This document shows positions 39,995 through 49,119 of a DNA stretch of 64,000 nucleotides, piece after piece. The position numbers were made by a program, and so were the translations under genes. Source of the stretch: an uncultured virus (IMG/VR IMGVR_UViG_3300021256_000060) (Duplodnaviria; Heunggongvirae; Uroviricota; Caudoviricetes); IMG/VR virus record IMGVR_UViG_3300021256_000060. One strand, written 5' to 3'. Every line of letters begins with the position of its first letter. Positions within the stretch are counted from its first letter, which is position 1. The notes under the pieces were generated by a model. The model did not search any database, was not told where the DNA came from, and saw nothing but the letters and a program-made list of their open reading frames with translations.

Positions 39995-41185
39995 ATGCCA
40001 TTTACTAGCATCACAGACCCGAAAGACTTTGTATTGAAAACTAAATTGAATGAGTCTGAAGCATTGGCTAATGATAGTATCAATACTCCAGTTCCTGATT
40101 CTAATAAACCTGATACTGATACAAAAGAGAAGCCGTTAATCATCAACCAGTATGATCCTAACGCTAAGAAAAACATTCGTATGAATGAAGCTACTAAAAA
40201 ATTGATCTGGGAATATATGGATATGACTGATATTCCTACAGTCAATACTGTATGTGCTATGAATGAGGCTGAACATAACACTATGCTTGTTAGTCTCACT
40301 AATAAGCTGTACGAGATGATTGTAGACAAGGTCGATTCAATTGATTTCGGCGAGATCCCTCAGACTAAGGGTGATATTTCTAAGTTGAGTAAATTTGAAC
40401 AGCTCAATGAATGTCATAGAGTATTGCGGGAAATCTTTGAACAGTATCATGAGAATACTAAACCTATCTTGGAACTCGAAAATGCAGTTACCAATATTGA
40501 GAGCATGAAAGATATCTTTATTGGGGCTTATCTCTGTAAAGCTAACTTCCCTATCACTGTATATCAGACTATGACTCTTGCTGTTCTTAATGCTACTAGC
40601 TTTATGATCGCTAGCTGCATTGAATACATTAAGAATCCTAAGGCTGAAGGTCTTACCATTGTTCTTAATAAGACTGGTGTGGCTAAAGCAAAAGACCATC
40701 TTGTATATGAAACATTAGTTGACTTCAATGAAGCTTGCCGCAAGGGTGATGTACAAAATGCATTGAAACCATTTGTTCAGCATAAGATTCGTGGCTTTGC
40801 TATGACTGCTGCTCTTGGTATCAAAGCAGTACTGGTTATTGGTGCAGTGGTTTTGGCTATTCTCCCAATGATTAAAGACTTGGTATACTTCTACTACAGT
40901 GCTCGTGCTAGAGTATCTCAGTACTTTGATATTCAAGCTAAGCTGTTGGAGATGAATGCTCAGGAGCTCAAAGATAATCCTGATATTCAGACTGTAGATG
41001 ATCGTAAATCGGTTATTAGTCGTCAGCTCAGTATTGCTAGAAACTTCCATGACCTTGCTAACTTCATTGGAGTAGACGCTAAGACTAGTGAAGTTAAAGC
41101 AACTAAAGAGATCAAGAATGATTCTCGCAAATATAAGATCGATGATGTAGAGACTAATCCCTCTACAGATGGTCCCCTATTCTAA
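39995..41185 (+). CDS. putative virion structural protein with hydrophobic helix
   Basis: 396 aa; LNES/MNEA sites; C-terminal hydrophobic segment. Confidence 0.55.
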   Translation: MPFTSITDPKDFVLKTKLNESEALANDSINTPVPDSNKPDTDTKEKPLIINQYDPNAKKNIRMNEATKKLIWEYMDMTDIPTVNTVCAMNEAEHNTMLVSLTNKLYEMIVDKVDSIDFGEIPQTKGDISKLSKFEQLNECHRVLREIFEQYHENTKPILELENAVTNIESMKDIFIGAYLCKANFPITVYQTMTLAVLNATSFMIASCIEYIKNPKAEGLTIVLNKTGVAKAKDHLVYETLVDFNEACRKGDVQNALKPFVQHKIRGFAMTAALGIKAVLVIGAVVLAILPMIKDLVYFYYSARARVSQYFDIQAKLLEMNAQELKDNPDIQTVDDRKSVISRQLSIARNFHDLANFIGVDAKTSEVKATKEIKNDSRKYKIDDVETNPSTDGPLF

Positions 41186-41200
41186 GAAGGAGGGTATACA

Positions 41201-42316
41201 ATGATTATGGATTTAAATTCTCCCTCTAATGCAAGTCTTATTTTGGAGAAACTGAAAGAGGAAGAAGCAATTCAGTTATATCCTAAACAGAAACCTCTTA
41301 CTGAGGCTGAAGAATATATCAAAAATATGCAGGAACTCTATGAAAGCACTCAGGAAGGTATTGATGCTAATAATGAGTATCATCGCAATATTGAAATAGC
41401 TAAAGAGGCTACTAAAGCAGAACTGCTAACTGCTGGCCTGTATAATACCTTCGTAGAACCTGTATGTGAATCTCTTTTGGCTACCAGTCGTGAAAAAGAC
41501 GTAGCTTATAGCATTATCAGAGATATGGTTCAAGAAGAGGGTACTGATAATCTGCTATACAAGATGAGATATACTAATCAGTATCTTGCTGAAGCGGCAC
41601 ATAGGCTGGATCTCATGTATGACTCCTATTGTGAAGGAGTAGAATGTAAGATCAAAGAAGGGTTGTCTGAAAAGGACGTTTGTGATATTGAGGATAAAGA
41701 TATCAAAAAATATATCGACGACTGCAAAGATAACTCTAATAAGGATCTTACTAATATAATCTTCCGCAGAGTTGAAGGAGCTGTATCTGACTTCATTGAT
41801 GATAAGAAGAAATCACAGTTCCGCATCAAACAGATCTATGATGATGCTAAAAAGAAGATTGAAGATTACAATCAGGCTAGCAATGCTGTAAATGCCGTTA
41901 AGCAGACTGATGGAGAAACGATGGATGGTATGGATCCTGATGCAATGGCTGGTGATACTCTGAATGCTAAATTGGATAACCAACAAAATCAGGAGATTGT
42001 AGGTGCTGGTATGGATCCTGCTCAGGAAGCTATGGCTTGGGCTAAGGGTCAAGAGAGTGATATCTTAGATGAACACTATAATGTGTTCGATGCTATGGTA
42101 CGTGTGTTGGTAGAATCCACCCATCGTAATGATAAGATCAAATCGCAATACATTAATGAATCAAATAAATTGAACTTCAATAAGATTATCGGAGACGTCC
42201 GTGGTATGTATACTGTATTGGAAGCATTCAATACTGTATGTCTCATTGATGCCAACGAGGATTATGTGAAGAATATGATTCATGAAATGTATGAAAATGC
42301 AAAATCCTCTATATAA
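41201..42316 (+). CDS. putative virion structural protein
   Basis: 371 aa acidic helical; terminator GGCGTGTGT/ACACACGCC at 42332-42353. Confidence 0.55.
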   Translation: MIMDLNSPSNASLILEKLKEEEAIQLYPKQKPLTEAEEYIKNMQELYESTQEGIDANNEYHRNIEIAKEATKAELLTAGLYNTFVEPVCESLLATSREKDVAYSIIRDMVQEEGTDNLLYKMRYTNQYLAEAAHRLDLMYDSYCEGVECKIKEGLSEKDVCDIEDKDIKKYIDDCKDNSNKDLTNIIFRRVEGAVSDFIDDKKKSQFRIKQIYDDAKKKIEDYNQASNAVNAVKQTDGETMDGMDPDAMAGDTLNAKLDNQQNQEIVGAGMDPAQEAMAWAKGQESDILDEHYNVFDAMVRVLVESTHRNDKIKSQYINESNKLNFNKIIGDVRGMYTVLEAFNTVCLIDANEDYVKNMIHEMYENAKSSI

Positions 42317-42468
42317 GCTCTAAAAAGGGTTGGCGTGTGTAGGAACACACGCCGCTCTATTTTGCGTGTAATTTACAAAAAATAAAGAATCTAATTCAAG
42401 CTCACTCCCTATAATTAAAAAAAGAGATACCCCAATGAGGGGGTATCTCTAAAATGTTGGATAATAGT

Positions 42469-43434
42469 TTATCCACGAAGAGCCTCAACAACTTCGCCGA
42501 GTGCTGCTGCATCTTCTTCGTTGAATTCGGGATCTCCACCAAGGGTCTTCTTCCAGACCCATTTTCCGCCTACGAATAACAGTACGCCAGTTCCTGCTGC
42601 TGCAGCCAAGCTCGTTTTCGGATGCTGGAACATCCACAGCTTCATGCTGTCAGTCCAACCAAACTGACCATTCTGATTCGGCTGTATACCCATCATCATA
42701 GCTGCCTGATTCGCCAACTGCTGACCAGTCACCTGAGCCTGAGGCTGAATTACCTGCTGATTAACAGGCTGCTGAACTGTCTGCTGTTGTGCCTGAGCCT
42801 GCTGCTGAGGAATAGCCTGCTGTACCGGCTGCTGATACTGACCCATCATCTGTGCCTGTGCTGCTGCATTGTTATTCATTTCCATGATATATCGCTCCTT
42901 TACTTTCTGACCTAAGTCGGTCACCTTCTGAAATAAACTTCTGTTTTGTTCCATTTGAGGAACCTCCCCATTTGCCATTCTTGGTAACAGACGTGCATCA
43001 TAGGAGGGGAACCTATTCTGCATATCTACTAATTGTTCCCATCTAATATATCTTTCAATATCTATAGGATGTGCTCCCATAGGTAATGAAGGATCATAGT
43101 CAGGAACCATGATTGGTGGTATTTGAATACCTTTTTGCTGTGCGGTTGAAAGTACCCAAGCTACCTTTTGCCGAGCTTGCTCTGCAAGTTCTGGTGTCCA
43201 TTGAGGAAGGCTACCAATAGGTACTCTGGTTACCACATCCATCAATGGACCTTTGTACACACCTTGGTTTTTCAATTCAGCTAATCCCTCCTCAATACTA
43301 TTTGGTTGAGTTACTGTAGCATAGTACCACGGAACTATTCCCGCATACTTAAATACATTCTCCCAACCATGCATGGATGACTGTCCAGCTGTCGCAGTCA
43401 TATGTGGGACAGCTTCGTAGTTTTTACTCATCAT
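42469..43434 (-). CDS. Q-rich early protein with C-terminal membrane anchor
   Basis: QQPVQQAIPQQQAQAQQQ...; TM SLAAAAGTGVLLFVGGKWVW; own early promoter 43507 and terminator 42420-42450. Confidence 0.8.
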   Translation of the reverse strand: MMSKNYEAVPHMTATAGQSSMHGWENVFKYAGIVPWYYATVTQPNSIEEGLAELKNQGVYKGPLMDVVTRVPIGSLPQWTPELAEQARQKVAWVLSTAQQKGIQIPPIMVPDYDPSLPMGAHPIDIERYIRWEQLVDMQNRFPSYDARLLPRMANGEVPQMEQNRSLFQKVTDLGQKVKERYIMEMNNNAAAQAQMMGQYQQPVQQAIPQQQAQAQQQTVQQPVNQQVIQPQAQVTGQQLANQAAMMMGIQPNQNGQFGWTDSMKLWMFQHPKTSLAAAAGTGVLLFVGGKWVWKKTLGGDPEFNEEDAAALGEVVEALRG

Positions 43435-43545
43435 TATACCTCCTTTCTTCTATGAGTAAAAAATCCAAGGTTAAGATTGTCGAATAGAAGCATTCCTGCT
43501 TCTATTCACTTCTATAATATACAATCATATTTTCGTTTACCAAGC

Positions 43546-43675
43546 AAAAAATTAAGTAGGTAATAACACGGCAATATTATTTCTCTACTTAATTCTTTCG
43601 TTGATAAGGTTAGCCTAGATACCAAAATATAATATTTAATTTAATGAGGTTCCCTATTCCTCGTATCCTTATCAC
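43546..43675 (-). ncRNA. candidate early small RNA (~130 nt)
   Basis: Consensus early promoter 43673-43689, structured body, terminator AATTAAGTAG/CTACTTAATT plus T tract; no RBS-led ORF. Confidence 0.5.
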
Positions 43676-43747
43676 TACTATAGTATATAGCTGTAATTTT
43701 CTTTACAAAAAAATACCTCCCAAGTGGGAGGCAAATTATTATCACAA

Positions 43748-44341
43748 TTAGGCGAGCATGGCATCAAACCATGTCCAATCTTTCTTATAGTATTTCTTAT
43801 CTGCGAATACTTCTTCGATTGGTTTGATCTTACCTTCTGAGTAAGCAATGGCATCTGACTCTAATCTGCCTAATCCATAAATCCCCCATTTCTCATCTTT
43901 GTGATATGCACCCATATCCAATCCATTATCTATAATATATTGAAATTGAATACAATGTCTAAATTCATGTGCTATAGTTCTGTGAATACATTCTCTCAGC
44001 TTATCCGCAGAAATTCCAACACCAAGTGTAGTAGCCATCCATATAATGCTATTAGCTACTGTTTTTGGTATATTATTTGATTCTGAAATATCTTTTTGAA
44101 AATTGTAAATAATACTTTCTGGATAAAATGAAACACCACATAACTCATCTGGGATATTTCTTCTATATGTTACCTTTGTATGTGTCATACCCATAGCTTT
44201 ATAATCTCCAAAACAGAACCCAGATGAACTATGTTTATTATCTGGTAATCCTTCTCTAATCTCCACTTTGCATGGGAAATCAAAGTCTCTCAATTCCTCT
44301 GCAAAAATCTTTGCGATGTTTCTCTCATTTAATCTAAACAT
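43748..44341 (-). CDS. HExxH zincin-like putative metallopeptidase
   Basis: IAHEFRHCIQ ... LESDA. Confidence 0.6.
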   Translation of the reverse strand: MFRLNERNIAKIFAEELRDFDFPCKVEIREGLPDNKHSSSGFCFGDYKAMGMTHTKVTYRRNIPDELCGVSFYPESIIYNFQKDISESNNIPKTVANSIIWMATTLGVGISADKLRECIHRTIAHEFRHCIQFQYIIDNGLDMGAYHKDEKWGIYGLGRLESDAIAYSEGKIKPIEEVFADKKYYKKDWTWFDAMLA

Positions 44342-44343
44342 GA

Positions 44344-44652
44344 TTACTCCTCCTCCATTAAACTATCAATGACTATTGACATGTGTTTACTATCATTTGG
44401 GTTATAGTTTTTTATGAACTTATACGGGTCTTCATATGGCGGTAAATAACATTGTTTTTTATTCACCCTCATATGGTATGGTATCCATCCCCTAACGTTC
44501 CATGGACCAACACATATAGATATTTCCCTATGTTGGAAATGGTCATCAATCTCATGCTTGAGATCTAAGAATACGGTTGGTCCTCCTAAAATTATTGCTA
44601 CAACTATTAGGAATATACTTCTAGGAATAAATTTGCTGTCCATCTTACTCAC
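44344..44652 (-). CDS. small protein with N-terminal TM segment
   Basis: SIFLIVVAIILGG; early promoter 44672. Confidence 0.65.
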   Translation of the reverse strand: MSKMDSKFIPRSIFLIVVAIILGGPTVFLDLKHEIDDHFQHREISICVGPWNVRGWIPYHMRVNKKQCYLPPYEDPYKFIKNYNPNDSKHMSIVIDSLMEEE

Positions 44653-44749
44653 CTCCTAATATGGACTTATTCACTACTATAATATATTAATAAAAAATAA
44701 GCAAGTTACAAAAATAAGAAGAGGCCAATTAAGGCCTCTCCAATTGATA

Positions 44750-45109
44750 TCATTTAGCTTCTCTCTCCATTATTTCTTTAAGAATAGCTTCCTGAATATT
44801 ATTATAATCATTGGTCTCTTCAAATATAGTACCAATAACAGCCTTATGATCTGGTTTAGATACATCAATTAAATTCTCAAATCCATCTAAAATTGGACCT
44901 ATATCTGCCCATGTTAGTTTGTCATTACATCCCTTATTTATCTCATTTATGATATTAAGTATACGAGCTGCATACTCACTCATAATCTGATGATATTTTA
45001 GGCTATGTTTCACATCGTTCATTATAGACAGCAATTCTTCTTTTGGGGTTGGTACTAGTTCTTCTACATTCAACTCCTTTTTACTAAATAGATCGAACAC
45101 TTTAGACAA
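44750..45109 (-). CDS. hypothetical early protein
   Basis: 119 aa; early promoter 45146. Confidence 0.7.
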   Translation of the reverse strand: MSKVFDLFSKKELNVEELVPTPKEELLSIMNDVKHSLKYHQIMSEYAARILNIINEINKGCNDKLTWADIGPILDGFENLIDVSKPDHKAVIGTIFEETNDYNNIQEAILKEIMEREAK

Positions 45110-45213
45110 TTCTCATTTCCTCCTAATAATATATTTTTAGTATACCACTTCTATAGTATATAACTGACAAAGGATTACCCTAGGGATTTGATTCCCTAGG
45201 GTAATATACAACC

Positions 45214-45630
45214 TCATACACGAATGACGTATTCTCCAGGACCATAAGATTCTAGGGATGCAAATATTGGTAGATAGCTATAATGAGAGATTCGATTTAG
45301 AACAAAGCATTGTTCTTCATCAGTCAATAGATGGCGATACGTATTAAATTGATTTAATACATAATGAGTCCATACTGATGCTAGATCTCTAAACTCACGT
45401 ACCTTATCACTACTATTAATAGTAGATAGGATATGAATAGCTCGATCTACTCCAATATCTATACCCTTAAGAATATACTGACTTCCTAATGTGAATCTAG
45501 ATAAACTATCATTACTGAACATACCAGCTCTTAATAGCTTAATCTTAATAGTGCTCAGCATGTTTAAATCATTTCTCATGATATCCGGAGTTTCATTAAC
45601 GTAAGGTAAGTTTGTATACAACGTACTCAT
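45214..45630 (-). CDS. hypothetical protein
   Basis: 138 aa, ATGA-coupled to rusA-like gene. Confidence 0.7.
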   Translation of the reverse strand: MSTLYTNLPYVNETPDIMRNDLNMLSTIKIKLLRAGMFSNDSLSRFTLGSQYILKGIDIGVDRAIHILSTINSSDKVREFRDLASVWTHYVLNQFNTYRHLLTDEEQCFVLNRISHYSYLPIFASLESYGPGEYVIRV

Positions 45631-46346
45631 TCCTTCCTGAAATAGGTTACGTTGTCCGCATTTTCTACTCTTTTTACTACTGAATCATACTGTATTCTGT
45701 TGTAGAGCATATTGAGGTATCTTAATGATATCTCAACTCTTGGTAGAATAGAATAGTATTTAGCCATACTAGATTCTATAACTAGAGCATCGTCTAGCCA
45801 TACATTACCATTATACATATCACTATACTTCTTCTCTAAGTTATCAAAATCTGGTTTGGTAATTGGTCTAATTATTCCCAATTCTGCCAAGTAAGTATCA
45901 ATCGCATTAAATTGACTAGGGGTGTGGATATATGCTTCGTAGTGTACAATACAAGGAGTATTAATCAGGTAGTCGGCCTCTAATAGTTCTTGTTCAGATA
46001 ATAACCGTTTCATAAAAGTTCTATCAGCATCACCAGTAATAGAATAAATCTGTATAAATCCAGGATTGGCTTTAGCTGCTGCCACGGCATTACTACGCTT
46101 TATATATCTTGCTCTTGGTCTTGGTGCTCCTTCTGGTTCTTCGTATAAAATTATTTTTAGCTCCTTAGAGAATCGTAATGCACCCATCATTTCGTTTCTC
46201 ATTTTAAAAATAGTATCGGCCTTGGCTGGAGTTAGGTGTAGATGCTCATACATCCAATCTAGCCTTTGTTGATAGTCTCTAGGGATCTCGCTATACTTTT
46301 TAGCATAGATCTCTTCTTTTTGTTTTCTTGATTTAGATACTGCCAT
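45627..46346 (-). CDS. rusA: RusA-family Holliday junction resolvase
   Basis: PRPR, KPDFDNLEK..SD...G.VWLDD..V, PRVEI motifs. Confidence 0.85.
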   Translation of the reverse strand: MAVSKSRKQKEEIYAKKYSEIPRDYQQRLDWMYEHLHLTPAKADTIFKMRNEMMGALRFSKELKIILYEEPEGAPRPRARYIKRSNAVAAAKANPGFIQIYSITGDADRTFMKRLLSEQELLEADYLINTPCIVHYEAYIHTPSQFNAIDTYLAELGIIRPITKPDFDNLEKKYSDMYNGNVWLDDALVIESSMAKYYSILPRVEISLRYLNMLYNRIQYDSVVKRVENADNVTYFRKE

Positions 46347-46460
46347 ATATAGCTCCCTTTTTTAATATATTGATACGTATATCGAAACGCATCTTTACTA
46401 TCCAGTATAATAAAAAATAAAAAATAGCAGCCCCAATACGAGGCTGCTACCCTTTCTCTC

Positions 46461-46754
46461 TTAACGAGAAGCATAAGAGGAGTTCAACATCATTGCATCC
46501 TGCCAGATCTGAGGGCTCAGTTCCTCATGATAGATAATCCTAAGACGTGCTTCATACAGCTTCAAGTTCTCGATAAGTGTTCCTTCATGGATCCACTTAA
46601 TCAGTAACTCCTGTGTCTGCTGCTGAATGTGCTGTTTGGACTGCTCTTGCTGTCTCAGCATCTGAGTAGTGGCCTCGACATTCTCCCTCACCTTATCACT
46701 TCCAAAATACATTCCTGTAGCTCCTACAGCTACACCAAACAGAAATCCAAACAT
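46461..46754 (-). CDS. small protein with N-terminal hydrophobic helix and Q-rich coiled coil
   Basis: MFGFLFGVAVGATGMYF...QQEQSKQHIQQQTQ; early promoter 46807. Confidence 0.7.
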   Translation of the reverse strand: MFGFLFGVAVGATGMYFGSDKVRENVEATTQMLRQQEQSKQHIQQQTQELLIKWIHEGTLIENLKLYEARLRIIYHEELSPQIWQDAMMLNSSYASR

Positions 46755-46844
46755 AAAAAATACCTCCTTTGATTATACGTATAGAGACATCCTAATTGTC
46801 TCTATTCACTATTATAGTATATAATCAAAGAGAGGATTGACTTA

Positions 46845-49037
46845 TCACATTTTGTTTCTGCTGAAGTTCCAGAAATTCTGAACTAATGAGAATGTATTCT
46901 TAACTATATCTACTGGTACACTTACTATAGCATCTTGAATTCTATTAGCACCTTTAATCATCCACCACAATTCTAGTGTACGGCTCAAGCTGGCTGGTGC
47001 TACGTTAACTCCGCATAGGTTGGCCAGATAATCTAATTGAGCAGGATTGGAGAGAATAGTATTATTACTCTTACCCATAGATTGTGTCATAACAGAATAC
47101 AAGTCTTTTATAGATAGTTGTACTGTTATCTGAGTAGGTAGTCCTTCTTGAGTCCAGCATCCCTGATCGCCTTTAACTATTTCACAAGAGGTTACTATAC
47201 CCATATCTATATGGAACATTGATTTATAGAATGCGCGAACTAGGAATGGAGAAATATAAGTATTGTCACCTGCACAACGAGGTAGACAGAATCCCATAAT
47301 ATGAATTAGGGGAACTAGTATATTTAGGTATATTGATAATGGATCACAATCTGGGGAGTCTAATTTGATAGTAACATTATAACTTCTACCAAATTGGGAA
47401 TCTGCCCAAATCTCTGGGAAGTACATTCTACCACCAGCTAGCAGTGAAGTAATATTACCTACAATTGAATTGAATAACCCTTTACCATTACCTATTTTAC
47501 TATCTTCTCCTGATAATTTGGAAGTAGCACTAGTGGTATCAGTCTTAGATCCTATTCCAGTGAGATCAGTCATTGATGATTGTAACCCACCCATTATAAA
47601 CATTGCTTCCATAGCCTTATCAGAAATACCATTGATTTGTCCAGCTATACCTGATTGTCTGGTTTGAGTTCCTAAACTTTCTTGTACTTGAGCTTCTGAG
47701 TTTATATAGAATTGTACTGCTCCATGGTAGTACGAGGCTATATTGAATCCTGAATTGAATGCCCAATTAAATGATCCTAGTTTATCACCACTACCAACTT
47801 TCATAGCTTCATTATACGCTGAACCAAAAATTTCTCCAGATGAATTATCTCTAGATGCCGCATTAATACTAGGAACGCTTACTTTATCTAGGCCTAAGAA
47901 TGTAGCAACAGCTCTACAAGCAGAATTAACGGTATAATAGTATTCTGATGATGCTAATTTGAAGGAATAGTACTCTCCTCCATTACCATTGATAATTTTT
48001 TCTAACTCATCACTACCAGTTATACCAACTATTGCTTCCCCTATCTTTTCTTTTGCACTATTAGTATATCCTCGTAGAAATATAGCCTCACCAGGCTGCA
48101 TAATCATAATAGGAGCTCTACTAACTATCTTCTCTCTATATTTTCTTCCAAACATCGTTAAATCGCTAGTAGCTTTTCTAACATCTTGTGCCGGGCGAAG
48201 ATCTGTACTTGGTAAGAATTGATATGGCATACCAAATACATGTCTGATATCACCATCTTTAAGATCCAAAGCTGCTTGTCTATATGCAGCAGTGGATCTA
48301 TTTTTTAGCATATCCAATTCTTCCATTATAGAATTACTATATTTCTCTCGTTCCTCCATATCTTGTCTTTCAAACTCATTATAAGTTATTCCACTAGCGC
48401 TTCCATTGCTAACAGCAGTACCTATCTTACATTGAGTAGAATTACATGTATAATACTTACCATCTTTTCCCTGTACTGTTACTGTACCAGTAGATGGGTC
48501 ACTAACGATTATTGATCCATTATTAGGTTTATCTAATCCAACTTCGCTAGCCTTTACTTGCATTGGATCTCCATATTCATCAGTAGTCTCTAAAATTACG
48601 TCAGGATCGTTAGTTATAATTTCTGATCCATTGATAGAATCTGAACTATTTGCTTCGGCTTGCCTAGCAGTATCACTGTCTGCTGGAATACCATCTGAGG
48701 TTGATGATGTATCAACAGTAGCTATACCAACCTCTTCTATATCTGGAATTGAGTCTCCATTATATATTGGGTTACCATCATCATCTAATATAGGTTCTGA
48801 AGTAAATCTCATCATTCTTATTTTAGGGATTGCTTCTCTATAGTTAGATATGTCTCTATCTATACTTAGGTCATTAGTCTTAAATATATAATTACCAGCA
48901 GAGGTTCTCAACCAACCTGCTTCTTCTGCTGCTACATATACTAGCTTATTCTTGCCTATTACATTTATTACTCTAGCGTCACCACTAGGTGTTTGTCTAA
49001 CTAGCACCGGTGCACCAGTAACCTTATATATTACCAT
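46845..49037 (-). CDS. putative tail/baseplate protein with N-terminal SH3b-like domain
   Basis: VLVRQTPS..ARVINVI.KN..V.V..EEAGWLR; C-terminal FPEIWADS.F.RSY; late promoter 49065. Confidence 0.6.
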   Translation of the reverse strand: MVIYKVTGAPVLVRQTPSGDARVINVIGKNKLVYVAAEEAGWLRTSAGNYIFKTNDLSIDRDISNYREAIPKIRMMRFTSEPILDDDGNPIYNGDSIPDIEEVGIATVDTSSTSDGIPADSDTARQAEANSSDSINGSEIITNDPDVILETTDEYGDPMQVKASEVGLDKPNNGSIIVSDPSTGTVTVQGKDGKYYTCNSTQCKIGTAVSNGSASGITYNEFERQDMEEREKYSNSIMEELDMLKNRSTAAYRQAALDLKDGDIRHVFGMPYQFLPSTDLRPAQDVRKATSDLTMFGRKYREKIVSRAPIMIMQPGEAIFLRGYTNSAKEKIGEAIVGITGSDELEKIINGNGGEYYSFKLASSEYYYTVNSACRAVATFLGLDKVSVPSINAASRDNSSGEIFGSAYNEAMKVGSGDKLGSFNWAFNSGFNIASYYHGAVQFYINSEAQVQESLGTQTRQSGIAGQINGISDKAMEAMFIMGGLQSSMTDLTGIGSKTDTTSATSKLSGEDSKIGNGKGLFNSIVGNITSLLAGGRMYFPEIWADSQFGRSYNVTIKLDSPDCDPLSIYLNILVPLIHIMGFCLPRCAGDNTYISPFLVRAFYKSMFHIDMGIVTSCEIVKGDQGCWTQEGLPTQITVQLSIKDLYSVMTQSMGKSNNTILSNPAQLDYLANLCGVNVAPASLSRTLELWWMIKGANRIQDAIVSVPVDIVKNTFSLVQNFWNFSRNKM

Positions 49038-49078
49038 TGGGATCCTCCTCCCTATCTATTTCAATTACAGCAATGTCA

Positions 49079-49104
49079 GGGGTAGCGGAATTTACCGCTA
49101 CCCC
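49079..49104 (-). terminator. hairpin after giant gene
   Basis: GGGGTAGCGG/CCGCTACCCC inverted repeat. Confidence 0.6.
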
Positions 49105-49119
49105 CAACTAATTTGTGTG

